Assembly (NCBI GenBank): GCA_963702545.1
Contig: CAVPDB010000004.1
Coordinates: 421-64,420 of the forward strand
DNA from: an uncultured Acidobacteriota bacterium
GTDB lineage: Bacteria > Acidobacteriota > Polarisedimenticolia > J045
DNA: 64,000 nucleotides
Reading direction: 5' to 3'
Shown here: positions 9,192 through 20,075 of the stretch, one piece after another
How positions within the stretch are numbered: the stretch's first letter is position 1
How the letters are laid out: each line of letters starts with the position of its first letter
Position numbers and translations under genes: made by a program
Notes under the pieces: generated by a model
Seen by the model: only the letters and a program-made list of their open reading frames with translations
What the model was told of the DNA's origin: nothing
The model's database searches: none

Positions 9192-11739
9192 TCAGTTCCC
9201 GATGTCCTGCTCGAGGTCGAACAGCTTGCCGATCCCCGAGAGGTTCACGGTGAGCAGCAGGTTCCGCCGGCTGTCCCCCACGAAGCCCTTGACGTCGTAG
9301 CCCAGCTGGATCGAGCAGCACTGCGTGGTCCAGCGCACCTGGTAGAAGTAGTGGTCCAGGTTGGAGGTCTCGAGGTTGTAGTCCCAGGCCGCCTCGAGCG
9401 ACAGCCCGCGCACGACCCGCGCGATCCCGAACTGGGTGCGCAGGAAGTCGGACCGGGCGTCGAGCGGACGGACCGGGTTGCGCTTGTACCACGAGCCGCG
9501 GAAGTACCCGCCGCGGAACCCCATCATCGCCGAGACGCTGGTCTCGGTCAGCTCGTCGTTGGCGATGTCGTAGGTGTACGAGAGGTCGACCGCCTGCTGG
9601 TAGGTCGGGTTGAAGCGGCCGGTGATCACGATCGGGGAGTACTGCCGCGAGTCGACGATCGCCTGCGAGTCGAGCAGCCCGCCCGCCGCCCCGCCGGGGA
9701 CGAGCGCCCAGAGGTTCGTCAGCGGCTGGTCCGGGTCGAGCGAGTACTGCTGCGCGATCTGCAGGCTGCCGATCTCGGTCGGCGTCAGGTTCTCCGCGAC
9801 CTCGAGCGGCCCGGCCACGCCGGGCCGGCCCGTCTCCCCGATCGCGCGGCGGGCCTCCCGCTCGGCCTGCTCCTCGAGGCCCGTCAACGACAGCCGCTCG
9901 GTCGACGGGATCCCGAAGGTGCGCCCGGTGTCGGGCCCGCGCAGCGCGTAAAAGCGCGTTCGCACGCCGTAGGTGAGGAGCGACAACTGCCCGGGGACGG
10001 TGTCGACCTCGATGTCGTAGAGGATGATGTTCGCGGGTCGATCCCCGAGTCGGGGCGCCAGTCGTAGCGCACGAACGGCTCGATCACGTTCTTCAGTTTG
10101 GGCGAGAAGCCCCAGCGCGGGGTCTCCCAGACGCGCTGGAAGCGCGGCCCGATGAAGCCGATCCCGGCGTTCCAGAGGTTGCGGGTCAGGGACTCCCCGA
10201 CGTAGTTGGGGGCGGCGCTGCGGCGCCGGCTCGTCCGGCGTGACGCGTCGGCTGCTGCTGGGCGGTGTAGTAGGTCCAGCGCCAGCCGGCGTTGATCGTC
10301 AGGTCGGCCCAGGGAACCTTGAGCAGCGGCATCTGGAACTGCGGAAAGGCGTCGATCCGCTGCCACGTGACGTCGGCCAGCGTGACCAGGGCGTCCTCGT
10401 CCCTTTCCCCGAACGCCCCCTCGGGCGGCCCGAGGATCGCGCGCCGGAAGTTGCTGACCGAGCCCTCGAAGAGCACGAAGACGGGCGAGCGGCCGATCCG
10501 CTGGCTGGCGCTGCGGAGCTCGATGTCGGGCCGCGACTCGTTGATCGTCTCGCGCGCGATCAGGGTCTCGAGTCCGGCAGGAGGTGTAGGTGATCGGGAA
10601 GTACTGCTTGAGCCGGCTGGCCCGCACCGCGAGCGAGTACCAGGACCACTGCCGCGTCAGGTCGAGCCAGGACGAGACCTGCGGGTTCGAGGCACGGTCG
10701 AGGTCGACGACGTAGTCGGTCAGGTAGTCGAAGTCCGAGAGCGCCTCGAACTGCAGGCGCAGCTTCCAGGTGTCGCCGAACGGCTGGAACTGGTGCCACT
10801 CCCCGATGTAGCGGTTCTCGTCGCGCCCCGTGTCGCGGATGTAGTTGCCGATCCCGCGGGCCCGCCCGCGCCAGGTCGGGAGCCAATTCAGCTCCGCCCC
10901 CAGCCCGGGGCCGACCTTGCTGTGCCAGTCGAAGAGCAGCGTCAGGTCGGCGTTGTCGGCGAGGGCCCAGAAGAGCGGCAGCGAGATCGTCCGCCCGAGC
11001 GTGGTCGAGGTGCTGAACGACGGGAACAGCAGGCCGGTCGCGCGGTCGGTCTTGATCGGCCAGACCAGGTACGGGGTGTAGAAGATCGGGACCTTGCCGA
11101 CCTTGAACGCCGCGTTGCGCAGGTGGGCGTACTGGCCGATCGTCAGCGTGGCGCGGCTGACGCGGAACGACCAGTACGGGGTCGGCTGGGTGCAGGTCGT
11201 GAAGATGGCGTCGGTGACGCGCAGGTCCTGCGGCCCGATCCGCTCGATCGTCGCCGCCCGCACGACCGCGTTGTCCTGGTCGAGGTAGCCGACGGCGTCT
11301 TCGACGAGGCCGATCTGGGTCTTGATGTTGTAGACCAGGCGCGTGCCGGAGAGGGTCGCGCCCGGGAAAGGTCAGCACGACGTTGCCGGTCGCCACGACC
11401 TCGCCGGTGGCGAGCGTGTAGACGATCTCGTCGGCCTGGATCGAGCTGTCGCCGGCCTGGATGTCGGCGTAGCCGGAAAGGCGCAACTCGTTCTCGAGGC
11501 GGGTCACCTGGCCGGCCTGGACGCGCGCCGACTCGGGGATCGCCAGCTGGAGTTCCGGCTTCCCCATCCGGGTTTCCTCGGGGGGCAGCCGGGAGGATCG
11601 CGCCGAGAGCCGCCAAGAGGACGCAGGCGAGGAGGAGGCCGCTGCGGCCCGTCGGGCGCGTAGTCCCGACGGCCGCCGGATGACGCTCCGCCGGCATCGC
11701 TCTCCTCCGTGAGTCGCGGAAGAATAGCGAGTCCGTCAC
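9192..11739 (-). pseudogene. lptD: LPS-assembly outer-membrane protein LptD/OstA, at least 5 frame changes as sequenced
   Basis: Pieces lie in different frames. Signal peptide MPAERH...GLLLACVLLAALGAILPAAP, with ATG at 11697 or 11739. OstA-N region MGKPELQ...IQADEIVYTLATGEVVATGNVVLTFPG. Then LVYNIKTQIGLVEDAVGYLDQDN...FTTCTQPTPYWSFRVSRATL...GLLFPSF. C-terminal barrel ends ...NLLLTVNLSGIGKLFDLEQDIGN* at 9192. Breaks are near 9990, 10190, 10480-10590, 11365 and 11575. Confidence 0.85.
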
Positions 11740-11813
11740 CTGGGCATCAACCTCTTCCGCGCCACGGCGCGGGCCGGGGCCGGTGCTACCATCCCGCCCC
11801 CGGAGGAGCGCTC

Positions 11814-12688
11814 GTGCGGATCGCCTTGGCCCAGACCGACCCGCGCCTCGCGGATGTCGAGGCCAACCTGGCCGGGATCGAGCGGACGGTGGCCGCGGCC
11901 CTCGTCGCCGGCGCCGACCTCGCGGTCTTCCCCGAGCTCGCGCTGACCGGCTACCGGCTGCGCGACCTCGTGCCCCAGGTGGCGGTGCGGCTCGACCGCG
12001 CGGGGCCGGTGCGCGACCGGCTCGCGGCCCTCTCGGAGCGGCTGCCCTTCGTCGTCGGGCTGGTCGAGGAGTCGGCCGACCACCGCTTCTACAACGCGGC
12101 GGCGTGGTTCGAGGACGGCCGGCTGGTCCACGTCCACCGCAAGGTCTACCTCCCGACCTATGGGATGTTCGACGAGGCGATGGACTTCGCCCGCGGCCGC
12201 CGGCTGGCGGCCTTCGACACCCGCTTCGGGCGGGCCGGGATCCTGGTCTGCGAGGACCTCTGGCACCCGACCGCGACGACCGTGCTGGCGCTCGACGGAG
12301 CGGTCTGGTGGTCGGGATCGCGGCCAGCCCGCTGCGCGGCCAGGGGGTCGGCTCGGCCGACCCCTCGCACCTCTCCGGGCGGCAGCTGGCCGAGGTCCTG
12401 GCGCGCTTTCACACCGTGCCGGTGGTCTACGTCAACCGCAGCGGGTACGAGGAAGGACTGGCCTTCGGCGGCGGCAGCTTCGCGCTCGGCGCGATGGGTG
12501 AGACGCTGGCCGAGGCCCCGCTGCTGGAGGAGGCCCTGGTGGTCGCGACGGTCGACCCCGACCGGACGCGGGCGGCCCGCACGGCCTACCCGCTGGTGCG
12601 CGACGAGCGGCCGGGCCTGCTGGCCCGCGAACTGCGGCGGATCGCGCGCGGCGAGGGGCTCGAGGCCGACGAGGAGGACGGGCGGTGA
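11814..12688 (+). pseudogene. carbon-nitrogen hydrolase (nitrilase superfamily), one frameshift near 12300
   Basis: GTG at 11814 follows GGAGGAG. VRIALAQTDP...AVFPELALTGY...HVHRKVYLPTYGMFDE...GILVCEDLWHP gives the Glu-Lys-Cys triad context. It continues in another frame as VVGIAASPLRG...VVYVNRSG. The span is 875 nt. Confidence 0.8.
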
Positions 12689-13525
12689 GCGGGCGGATCG
12701 AGGTCACCTCGCCGCTCGAGCTGCCCGATCTCGAGAAGCTGCTGGCGGGGTTCCTGCGCGAGGAGATCGGCAAGGCGGGGTTCGCGCGCGGGGTGGTGGG
12801 GGTCTCGGGCGGGCTGGACTCGGCGGTGGTGCTGCTGCTCGCCGCGCGGGCGCTGGGGCCGGAGAACGTGCTGGCGCTGGTCCTCCCCTACCGGACCTCC
12901 TCGGCCGACAGCGTGCACGACGCACGCGCGGTGATCGCCGTCGCGGGCACGCCCGTCGGAGGAGATCGACATCTCGCCGATGGTCGACGCCTTCGCCGCC
13001 GCGGCCGGCTGCGACGACCCGCTCCGGCTGGGGAACCGGATGGCGCGCGAGCGGATGGCGCTGCTCTACGACCGCGCGCTGCGCGACCGCGCGCTGGTCG
13101 TCGGGACCTCGAACAAGACGGAACTGCTGCTGGGCTACTCGACCCGCTGGGGCGACGGCGCCTACGACCTCAACCCGGTCGGCGACCTCTACAAGGCGCA
13201 GGTCCGCGCCCTCGGCGCGCACCTCGGGGTTCCCCGGGCGATCCTCGAGAAGGCGCCCTCGGCCGACCTCTGGCCCGGCCAGACGGACGAGCAGGAACTG
13301 GGCCTGATCTACGCCGACGCCGACCGGATCCTCTGGTACCTGGTCGACCAGCGCGGCCGGCCCGAGCGCGCGGCCGATGAGCTGGGCGTCCCGCAGGCCG
13401 CGGTCGACCGCGTGCTGCGACTGATGACGGCGACGCAGTTCAAGCGCAACCTGCCGCTGATCTGCAAGGTCCAGCTGCGGACCGTCGGGATCGACTTCCG
13501 GCTGCCGCGCGACTGGGGGCGCTAG
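12685..13525 (+). pseudogene. nadE: NH3-dependent NAD+ synthetase, one frameshift near 12960
   Basis: GTG at 12685 overlaps the upstream stop (GTGA). [20 protein letters not shown] is the SGGxDS PP-loop. It continues in another frame as [13 protein letters not shown]...[36 protein letters not shown]. The span is 841 nt. Confidence 0.88.
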
Positions 13526-13600
13526 CGCAGGGCATGCACGAAGGGCCGGACCTGGGCTCCCCCGGCCCCTTCCTTCCGCCGGCGAGGCGCCACCGGGGGG

Positions 13601-14056
13601 CTATTTCGGGCAGTCCGCGACCCGCTTCGCCTTCATCACCTCGTGCGTCGGCTCACCGTCGGTCGTCCCGTCGACCGTCAGCGTGTAGGCGCCGTCGCTC
13701 TCGACCGCGATGGTCGTCCTGGTCCGCGAGGAGACTCCCATCACCTCGCAGGCCGACGAGAAGCTGAAGGTGCTGCCGCTGCGCTCGACCGGCGTGAAGG
13801 TGCAGCCCGAGGCCTTGAGCTGCGTGCGCTGGCGCTGCCATTCCGCGACCGGGTCCATGCAGCGCTTGGCCGTGACCGTCGTCGGGGCCCCGCCGCCGGG
13901 CGGCTGCATCGTCCGCGTGATGTCCCACATCCCGTGCCGCAGCGTCGGCCACTCGTCGGCGAGCGCCGGCGCGATGGCCGCGAGCGCGGCCGCCAGCACG
14001 AGCCCGGCCGCGCCGACGGCCGCGCACGTTCCCAGGAGCCGATGATCGGTCTGCAT
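13601..14056 (-). CDS. small exported hypothetical protein
   Basis: 151-aa ORF with signal peptide LLGTCAAVGAAGLVLAAALAAIAPALA and a non-repetitive mature part with 4 Cys. No catalytic motif recognised. Confidence 0.6.
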   Translation of the reverse strand: MQTDHRLLGTCAAVGAAGLVLAAALAAIAPALADEWPTLRHGMWDITRTMQPPGGGAPTTVTAKRCMDPVAEWQRQRTQLKASGCTFTPVERSGSTFSFSSACEVMGVSSRTRTTIAVESDGAYTLTVDGTTDGEPTHEVMKAKRVADCPK

Positions 14057-14321
14057 CTGTTCCTCCCCGGGCCCGGGCCGGCCGGGCCTCTCGTCCCAGG
14101 AAGGTCTGCCGATGCCAGGGGAAAAGCAATGGCTAGATAGCTAGTCAGCCCGTGTTATTCGCTCTCTGAGGTCATCTGAACACGGACCAGAGTCGGCGTG
14201 GATGCCGGAGGGGTGCCCCGGCCCGAGCCGAACCGCCGCGCCGTGTACGAAGCGCCCGCGGCGCGGTTCCGGCGGGCCTCGGCCGCATCCCGGCCGTCGC
14301 AGACGCCGCGCGCCCCCGCAA

Positions 14322-14351
14322 TTGACACCGCGGCTTCGCGCTCGCTAGTGT
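14322..14351 (+). promoter_or_regulatory. candidate sigma70-type promoter for the AI-2E/selD/rsmI operon
   Basis: Perfect TTGACA (14322-14327), 18-nt spacer, then TAGTGT (14346-14351). It sits about 60 nt upstream of the ATG at 14409. Such A/T-containing hexamers stand out in this GC-rich DNA. Confidence 0.3.
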
Positions 14352-14408
14352 GGCCTTCGAGCCGGCTGACTTGCCCCTTCGTGCTCCGGCTCGGAAGGCG
14401 AGGAGAAT

Positions 14409-15515
14409 ATGGACGGCACACGATCCACCGCAGAGCCGCAGGTCGCCACGCGCGCAGCGCTCGACCTATCGCTCCGGCTCGCCCTCGTCGCGCTGCTGGC
14501 GTACTGGTGTTTCCGGATCGCGCAGCCGTTCGCGCTTCCGGTCGTGTGGGGCGTCGTGCTCGCGGTCGCGCTCTTTCCCGTCTACATCCGGTTGGAGCGC
14601 CTGCTCGGCGGCCGGCGCAAGCTGGCGGCGGGGCTGCTGGTCCTGGCCTGCCTCGCGTTGATCGTCATTCCCGTCGTCTGGCTCTCGGGCTCGGTCCTCG
14701 ACGGCGCCCGGTACATCTCGTCGAGGGTCGAGAACGGCACGGAGGGTGAGCTGTCGATACCGCCGGCGCCCGAGTCGGTCGCGCAGTGGCCGCTGGTCGG
14801 CCCCCAGGTCTATGCGACATGGAACCAGGCCGCGACGAGCCTCCAGTCGTTCCTTCGCCCGTTCCGGCCGCAGGTCCTCGGCTTCGGCCGCTGGCTCGTG
14901 GGGCTGGCCCGGCAGGCCGCGTTCGCGATCCTGCTGACCGCGGTCGCGGTGCTGATCGCGGCGGTCTTCCTGGTCCGCCGCGAATCCGCGCTCCGGTTCG
15001 CGACGGGCCTCGGCGCGCGGGTCGGCGGGGAGCGCGGGGTCGAGACGGTGCGGACCGCCGGCGCGGCGATCGGAACGGTCGCGAAGGGGGTCGTCGGCGT
15101 CGCCGTCATCCAGGGACTGCTGGCGGCCATCGGACTGGTCGCGGCGGGGGTGCCCGGCGCAGGGCTCTGGGCGCTGCTCGTGATGGTGCTCGCAGTCGCC
15201 CAACTGCCGCCGCTGCTCGTGCTCGGCCCGGCGATCCTCTACCTCGTGTCGGCGGATGCGGGCACGACCACGCTCGTGCTGTTCACGCTCTGGAGCCTGC
15301 TGGTCTCGGTCTCCGACGCGGTGCTGAAGCCGGTGATGATGGGCCGGAACTCGGAGATCCCCGTGCTGGTGATCCTGGTCGGGGCGATCGGCGGGCTGAT
15401 CCTGCACGGCCTTCTGGGACTGTTCGTCGGGGCGGTCGTCTTCTCCGTCGGCTACCGGCTGTTCGGGGCCTGGATGGAGGACCTGCCCGGACCGGAGCCG
15501 GCCGGGCCGCGCTAG
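14409..15515 (+). CDS. AI-2E family (PerM/UPF0118) transporter
   Basis: 368-aa polytopic ORF preceded by a GAGGAGA RBS. The layout, with N-terminal TM pairs, a central loop and a C-terminal cluster (...LVSADAG...VLKPVMMGRNSEIPVLVILVGAIGG), is typical of AI-2E family proteins. Confidence 0.8.
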   Translation: MDGTRSTAEPQVATRAALDLSLRLALVALLAYWCFRIAQPFALPVVWGVVLAVALFPVYIRLERLLGGRRKLAAGLLVLACLALIVIPVVWLSGSVLDGARYISSRVENGTEGELSIPPAPESVAQWPLVGPQVYATWNQAATSLQSFLRPFRPQVLGFGRWLVGLARQAAFAILLTAVAVLIAAVFLVRRESALRFATGLGARVGGERGVETVRTAGAAIGTVAKGVVGVAVIQGLLAAIGLVAAGVPGAGLWALLVMVLAVAQLPPLLVLGPAILYLVSADAGTTTLVLFTLWSLLVSVSDAVLKPVMMGRNSEIPVLVILVGAIGGLILHGLLGLFVGAVVFSVGYRLFGAWMEDLPGPEPAGPR

Positions 15516-15527
15516 AATCGTCGCCGG

Positions 15528-16583
15528 ATGAGCGAAGGCAGGAAGATCCGGCTGACGTCGTACTCCAACTGCGCGGGTTGAGCGAGCAAGCTCGGTCCCG
15601 AGCTGCTCGCGCAGGTGCTGCGCGGCGTCACCCAGCGCGTCCCCGACCTCGCCGGCGGGGACCAGTTGCTCGTCGGGCTGGCCGAGCCCGACGACGCGGC
15701 CGTTTACCGCCTCGGGGGCGGGCGGGTGCTGATCGCGACGGTCGACTTCTTCACCCCGATCGTCGACGACCCGTTCGCCTACGGCCAGGTCGCCGCGGCC
15801 AACTCGATCTCCGACATCTACGCGATGGGCGGCGACCCGTTCCTGGCGCTCTCGGTCGCGGCCTTCCCGGCCGACCTGCCGCCGGAGATCCTGGCCGAGA
15901 TCCTGGCCGGCGCAGCGACCAAGGTCCGCGAGGCGGGGGCGGTGCTCGCGGGGGGCCACACGGTGCGCGACGCCGAGCCCAAGTTCGGGCTGGCGGTGCT
16001 CGGCTTCGGGCGCGAGGACGCGCTGATCCTCAAGCGCGGCGCGCGGCCGGGGGACCTGCTCTACCTGACCAAGCCGCTCGGCACGGGCGTGCTCGCGACC
16101 GCGCTCAAGGAGGAAGCGCTCGGCGCGGAGGCCGAGGCCGAGCTGGTGGCGTCGATGGCGCGCCTCTCGGGGGGGGCGTCGCGGGCCGCGGTCGCGGCCG
16201 GCGTGAGTGGCGGGACCGACGTCACCGGCTACGCGCTGGCCGGCCACGCGTCCGAAATGGCCGAAGCGTCGGGCGCGCGGCTGGTCATCGAGTGGGGGCG
16301 CGTGCCGCTCTTCGCCGCGGCGCGCGAGCTGGCGGCGAAGGAGTTCGTGCCGGGCGGGACCGCGACCAACGCGGCCGCGTTCGGGCCGCGGATCGACGGC
16401 CTCGCCGGCCTGTCGCCGGTCGATCGGGCGCTGCTCTTCGATCCGCAGACCTCGGGCGGACTGCTGCTGGCCGTGCCGGCCGATTCCGAAGGGGTCTTCC
16501 GCGCGGCGCTGGCGGCCGAGGCGACCGAAGGCTGGCGGATCGGACGGGTCGAGGCGGGCGTGGGCGTGGCCGTGGAGCCCTGA
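15528..16583 (+). CDS. selD: selenide, water dikinase SelD, selenocysteine-containing (UGA at 15579-15581 read as Sec)
   Basis: ATG at 15528 is in frame with track ORF 15615..16583 through a single TGA. Translation MSEGRKIRLTSYSNCAG-U-ASKLGPELLAQVL aligns with the SelD active-site motif LTxYSxxxG[C/U]xxKxxP. The rest is a typical AIR-synthase-fold SelD (DDAAVYRL...DFFTPIVDDP...NSISDIYAMGG). Confidence 0.9.
15582..15610 (+). promoter_or_regulatory. candidate bacterial SECIS hairpin immediately 3' of the selD UGA
   Basis: GCGAGCA(A)GCUCG-GUCC-CGAGCUGCUCGC. This gives a 12-bp stem with one bulged A and a GU-containing tetraloop, starting 1 nt after the UGA. Confidence 0.6.
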
Positions 16584-16584
16584 G

Positions 16585-17521
16585 GTGTCGGCACCGTCTC
16601 GCGGTCGGCTGCTGGTGGTCGCGACCCCGCTGGGAAACCTGGGCGACCTCTCGCCGCGCGCGGTCCGGGCGCTGGGGGAGGCGGACCTGGTCGCGGCGGA
16701 GGACACGCGCCGCACGCTCCCGCTGCTGACGCACCTCGGGCTGTCGAAGCCGCTCGTCTCGAGTCACAAGTTCAACGAGGCCTCGAAGCTCGACGGCCTG
16801 CTCGGCGCGCTGGGCGAGGGGAAGACGATCGCCTTGGTCACCGACGGCGGGACCCCGGCGATCTCGGACCCCGGGCACCGGCTGGTCGCTGCCGCGCTTG
16901 CCGCCGGGCACGTCGTCGTCGCGATCGCGGGGCCGAGCGCGGTCGCGGCCGCGCTCTCGGTGGCCGGCTTCCCCGCCGACCGCTTCCGCTTCGCGGGGTT
17001 CCTGCCGGCGGCGGCCGCGGCCCGGCGCCGGGCGCTGACGGCGCTCGCGGGGGAGCCGGAGACGCTGGTCTTCTACGAGGCGCCGCACCGCGTGCTGAAG
17101 GCGCTCGACGCGATGATCGAGGCGCTCGGCGACCGCGAGGCGGCGCTCTGCCGGGAATTGACCAAGCTGCACGAGGAGGTCCTGCGCGCGCGCCTCTCCG
17201 CGATCCGGACTTCGCTTGCAGCGCGCGACGCGATCCGTGGCGAGATCGTGCTGGTGGTCGCGGGGGCGGGCAGCGAGGGCAGCGGGGCGGCACGGTGCGG
17301 GGCGGCACGGAGGCCGGCGTGGAGCGGGCGGCCCGCTCCGCGGCATCCCGCCCGACGCCGTGGCGTACGGCGTCCTGTTCGAAATGGCGCGCGAGCTGGA
17401 GGACGGCGACCCGCGCCGCGCGGTGCGCCGCCTGGCGCGCGAACTGGGCCTGACGCGCGCCGAGGTCAAGGCGCGGCTCGCGGAGGCGGGGATCGACCCC
17501 GACGCCCCCGGTCCTTCCTGA
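16585..17521 (+). pseudogene. rsmI: 16S rRNA (cytidine1402-2'-O)-methyltransferase RsmI, one frameshift near 17290
   Basis: GTG at 16585. LLVVATPLGNLGDLSPRAVRALGEADLVAAEDTRRT...LVTDGGTPAISDPG...FYEAPHR are tetrapyrrole-methylase-fold RsmI motifs. The C-terminal helix-rich tail lies in another frame (track ORF 17216..17521). Confidence 0.88.
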
Positions 17522-17567
17522 GCGAGACGTCGGCGCGGTGGGCGGCTGGTATAGAATCCGCGCCCCG

Positions 17568-18442
17568 ATGACCCTCCGCTCCCTGCTCCGCGAGCCGCTC
17601 GTGCATTTCCTCGCAATCGGCGCCCTGCTGTTTCTCTGGTACCAGTGGAGCGGGGGCGGGTCCGGCCCCGGTTCGAGCCGGATCGTGCTGACCAGCGGGC
17701 GGATCGAGTCGCTCGCCGCGGGGTTCCAGAAGACGTGGCAGCGCCCGCCGAGCGAGGCCGAGCTCAAGGGCCTGGTCGACGACTACGTCCGCGAGGAGAT
17801 CGCGACGCGCGAGGCGGCGGCCGCCGGGCTGGACCAGGACGACACGATCATCCGCCGCCGGCTGCGGCAGAAGCTCGAGTTCCTGGCCGAGGAGGCGATC
17901 GACGGCGTGCCCCCCACAGACGCGGAGCTCACGGCCTGGCTCGAAGCCCACGCCGACGACTACCGGATCGAGCCGCAGCTCGCCTTCCGGCAGGTCGTAC
18001 GTCAGCCGCGACCGGCGGGGCGCCCGGGCGGAGGCCGACGCGCGGGCGCTGCTGGCCCGGCTCGAGGCCGAGGGCCCCGAAGCGTCGATCGAGGCGCCGG
18101 CGACCCGATGATGCTCCCGCCGAGACCGCGCGGGAGCCGCTGCGCGAGGTCGCGCGCACTTTCGGACAGCAGTTCGCCGAGTCGGCCCTCGCGCTGCCGG
18201 TCGGGCGCTGGGCCGGACCGATCGAGTCGGGCTACGGCCTGCACCTGGTGCTGGTCCGCGAGCGGATCGACGGCGCGCAGCCGACGCTCGAGATGGTGCG
18301 CCCCCAGGTCGAGCGCGATTTCCTGTCCGCCCGGCGCAAGCGCCAGCTCGACGCGATGTACGACCGCCTGCTCGAGAAGTACACGGTGGTCTTCGAGCGG
18401 CCGGACGAGGAGCCCAGGGGGTCCGCGGCGAGACGGCGGTGA
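17568..18442 (+). pseudogene. PpiC/parvulin-type peptidyl-prolyl isomerase (membrane-anchored), at least 3 frame changes at 18000-18130
   Basis: MTLRSLLREPLVHFLAIGALLFLWYQW is a TM anchor. C-terminal part reads ...GDPMMLP / AETAREPLREVARTFGQQFAESALALPVGRWAGPIESGYGLHLVLV (parvulin core). Confidence 0.75.
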
Positions 18443-18446
18443 GACC

Positions 18447-19473
18447 GTGGTGACGCGGCGGCGGCGGGTGCCGTGGACCCGGCGGGCGGGGCTGGCCCTG
18501 GCCGCGCTGCTCGGCCGCGACGCCGTCCGCGCTGGCGCACGAGGCGCGCCCCGGCTTCCTCGAGCTGCGCGAGACGGGCCCCGAGACCTACAGCCTGCTC
18601 TGGAAGAAGCCCTCCGGCGGCGAGGTCGAGATCCAGATCGCGCCGGTCGTGCCGGAGGGGTGCCGCCTTGTGACGCCGGACCGCCAGCAGGTCACGCCCG
18701 GGGCGCTGATCGTGCGCGGCACGCTCCAGTGCCGGGGCGGGATCGCCGGCAAGACGCTGGCGATCGCCGGGCTCGAGGCGACGATCTCCGACGTGCTGGT
18801 GCGCGTGCACCACGCCGACGGCCGGCTCGAGAGCCACCTGCTGCGGCCGACCAGCCCCTCGGTCACGCTCGGTGCCGCCACGACGGGACTGCAGCGGGCC
18901 GGCGGGTACCTCCAGCTCGGGATCCAGCACATCATCCTCGGCGTCGACCACCTGCTCTTCGTGCTGGGGCTGCTGCTGATCGTCAGAGACCGGTGGATGC
19001 TGGTGAAGACGATCTCGGCCTTCACGCTGGCGCACAGCATCACGCTGGCGATCGCCACGCTCGGTTACGCCAGCGCGCCGCTGCCGCCGCTCAACGCCGC
19101 GATCGCGCTCTCGATCCTGTTCCTGGGGCCGGAGATCGTGCGCTCGTGGCGCGGCGAGACGAGCTTCACGATCCGCCACCCGTGGGTCGTCGCCTTCGCC
19201 TTCGGGCTGCTGCACGGCTTCGGCTTCGCCAGCGGGCTGACGGCGCTGGGCCTGCCCCAGGCCGAGATCCCGCTGGCGCTGCTGCTGTTCAACGTCGGCG
19301 TGGAGCTGGGCCAGCTGGCGTTCGTGCTGCTCTTCCTGCTGCTCCTGCGCTCGTTCCGGGTGCTGGAGATCGACTGGCCGCGCTGGGTCGAGGCGCTGCC
19401 GGGCTACGCGGTCGGGTCGCTGGGCGCGTTCTGGACGATCCAGCGCGCGGTCGTGCTCTTCGGAGGTCGATGA
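18447..19473 (+). pseudogene. HupE/UreJ family membrane protein, long form with N-terminal periplasmic domain; frameshift near 18512
   Basis: Signal peptide region, then ALAHEARPGFLELRETGPETYSLLWKKPSGGE. TM core reads IQHIILGVDHLLFVLGLLLIV...AFTLAHSITLA...GLLHGFGFASGL...FNVGVELGQL. Confidence 0.8.
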
Positions 19474-20075
19474 TGAGGCCGGCGGCCAGGACGTTCCTCT
19501 GGACGGGGGCGGCGCTGGCGCTCCTCCTCTGGACGACGCCCCGCGCTGGCCCACCAGGAGCGCGGCCAGGCGAGCGGGCCTGCTGGCCGGGCTGAAGCAC
19601 CCGGTCTCCGGGCTCGACCACGTGCTGGCGATGATCGCGGTCGGGCTGTGGGGCGCCCAGCTCGGCGCGCCGGCGATCTGGGTGCTCCCCGTCGCCTTCC
19701 CGATGGTGATGGCGTTCGGCGCGGCGCTCGGCGTGCTGGGGATCGCGATCCCGGGGGTCGAGGTCGGGATCGCGGTTTCCGCGATCGTGCTGGGCGCGAT
19801 GGTCCTCACCGAGGCCAAGCCGCCGCTGGGGGCGCGGCGCTGATCGTCGCCTTCTTCGCGATCTTCCACGGCCACGCCCACGGCACCGAGCTGCCGGCCG
19901 GGGCGAGCGGCGTGCTCTACAGCATCGGCTTCGTCGTCGCGACCGGCTGCCTGCACGGCGTCGGGATCGGGATCGGGACGATCCACGGCTGGCCGAAGGG
20001 GCGCGTCGCGCTTCGCTTCGGGGGGCGGCCGTCGCGCTCGCCGGCGTCTTCTTCTTGATGAAGGCGCTCGCGTGA
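19470..20075 (+). pseudogene. HupE/UreJ family membrane protein (short form), several frame changes
   Basis: ATG overlaps the upstream stop (ATGA). Pieces read MMRPAARTFLWTGAALALLLW, GLLAGLKHPVSGLDHVLAMIAVGLWGAQLG..., ALIVAFFAIFHGHAHGTELP...GFVVATGCLHGVGIGIG and AAVALAGVFFLMKALA* (TGA 20073-20075). Confidence 0.8.

Noticed and set aside
13541-13571. An imperfect hairpin (aagggccgg...ccggcccctt) between convergent nadE and the exported hypothetical gene, as a terminator.
   Set aside because: The stem has a bulge, there is no U-tract, and similar GC palindromes occur by chance in this composition. It is too weak to list as a feature.
19590-20060. Additional in-frame TGA codons as selenocysteine in the broken genes (hupE, ppiC, the TonB-dependent receptor and others).
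   Set aside because: In each case the homologous sequence continues in a different frame, not past the TGA in the same frame. None is a redox-type protein with a Cys/Sec motif. Only the selD TGA meets the criteria.
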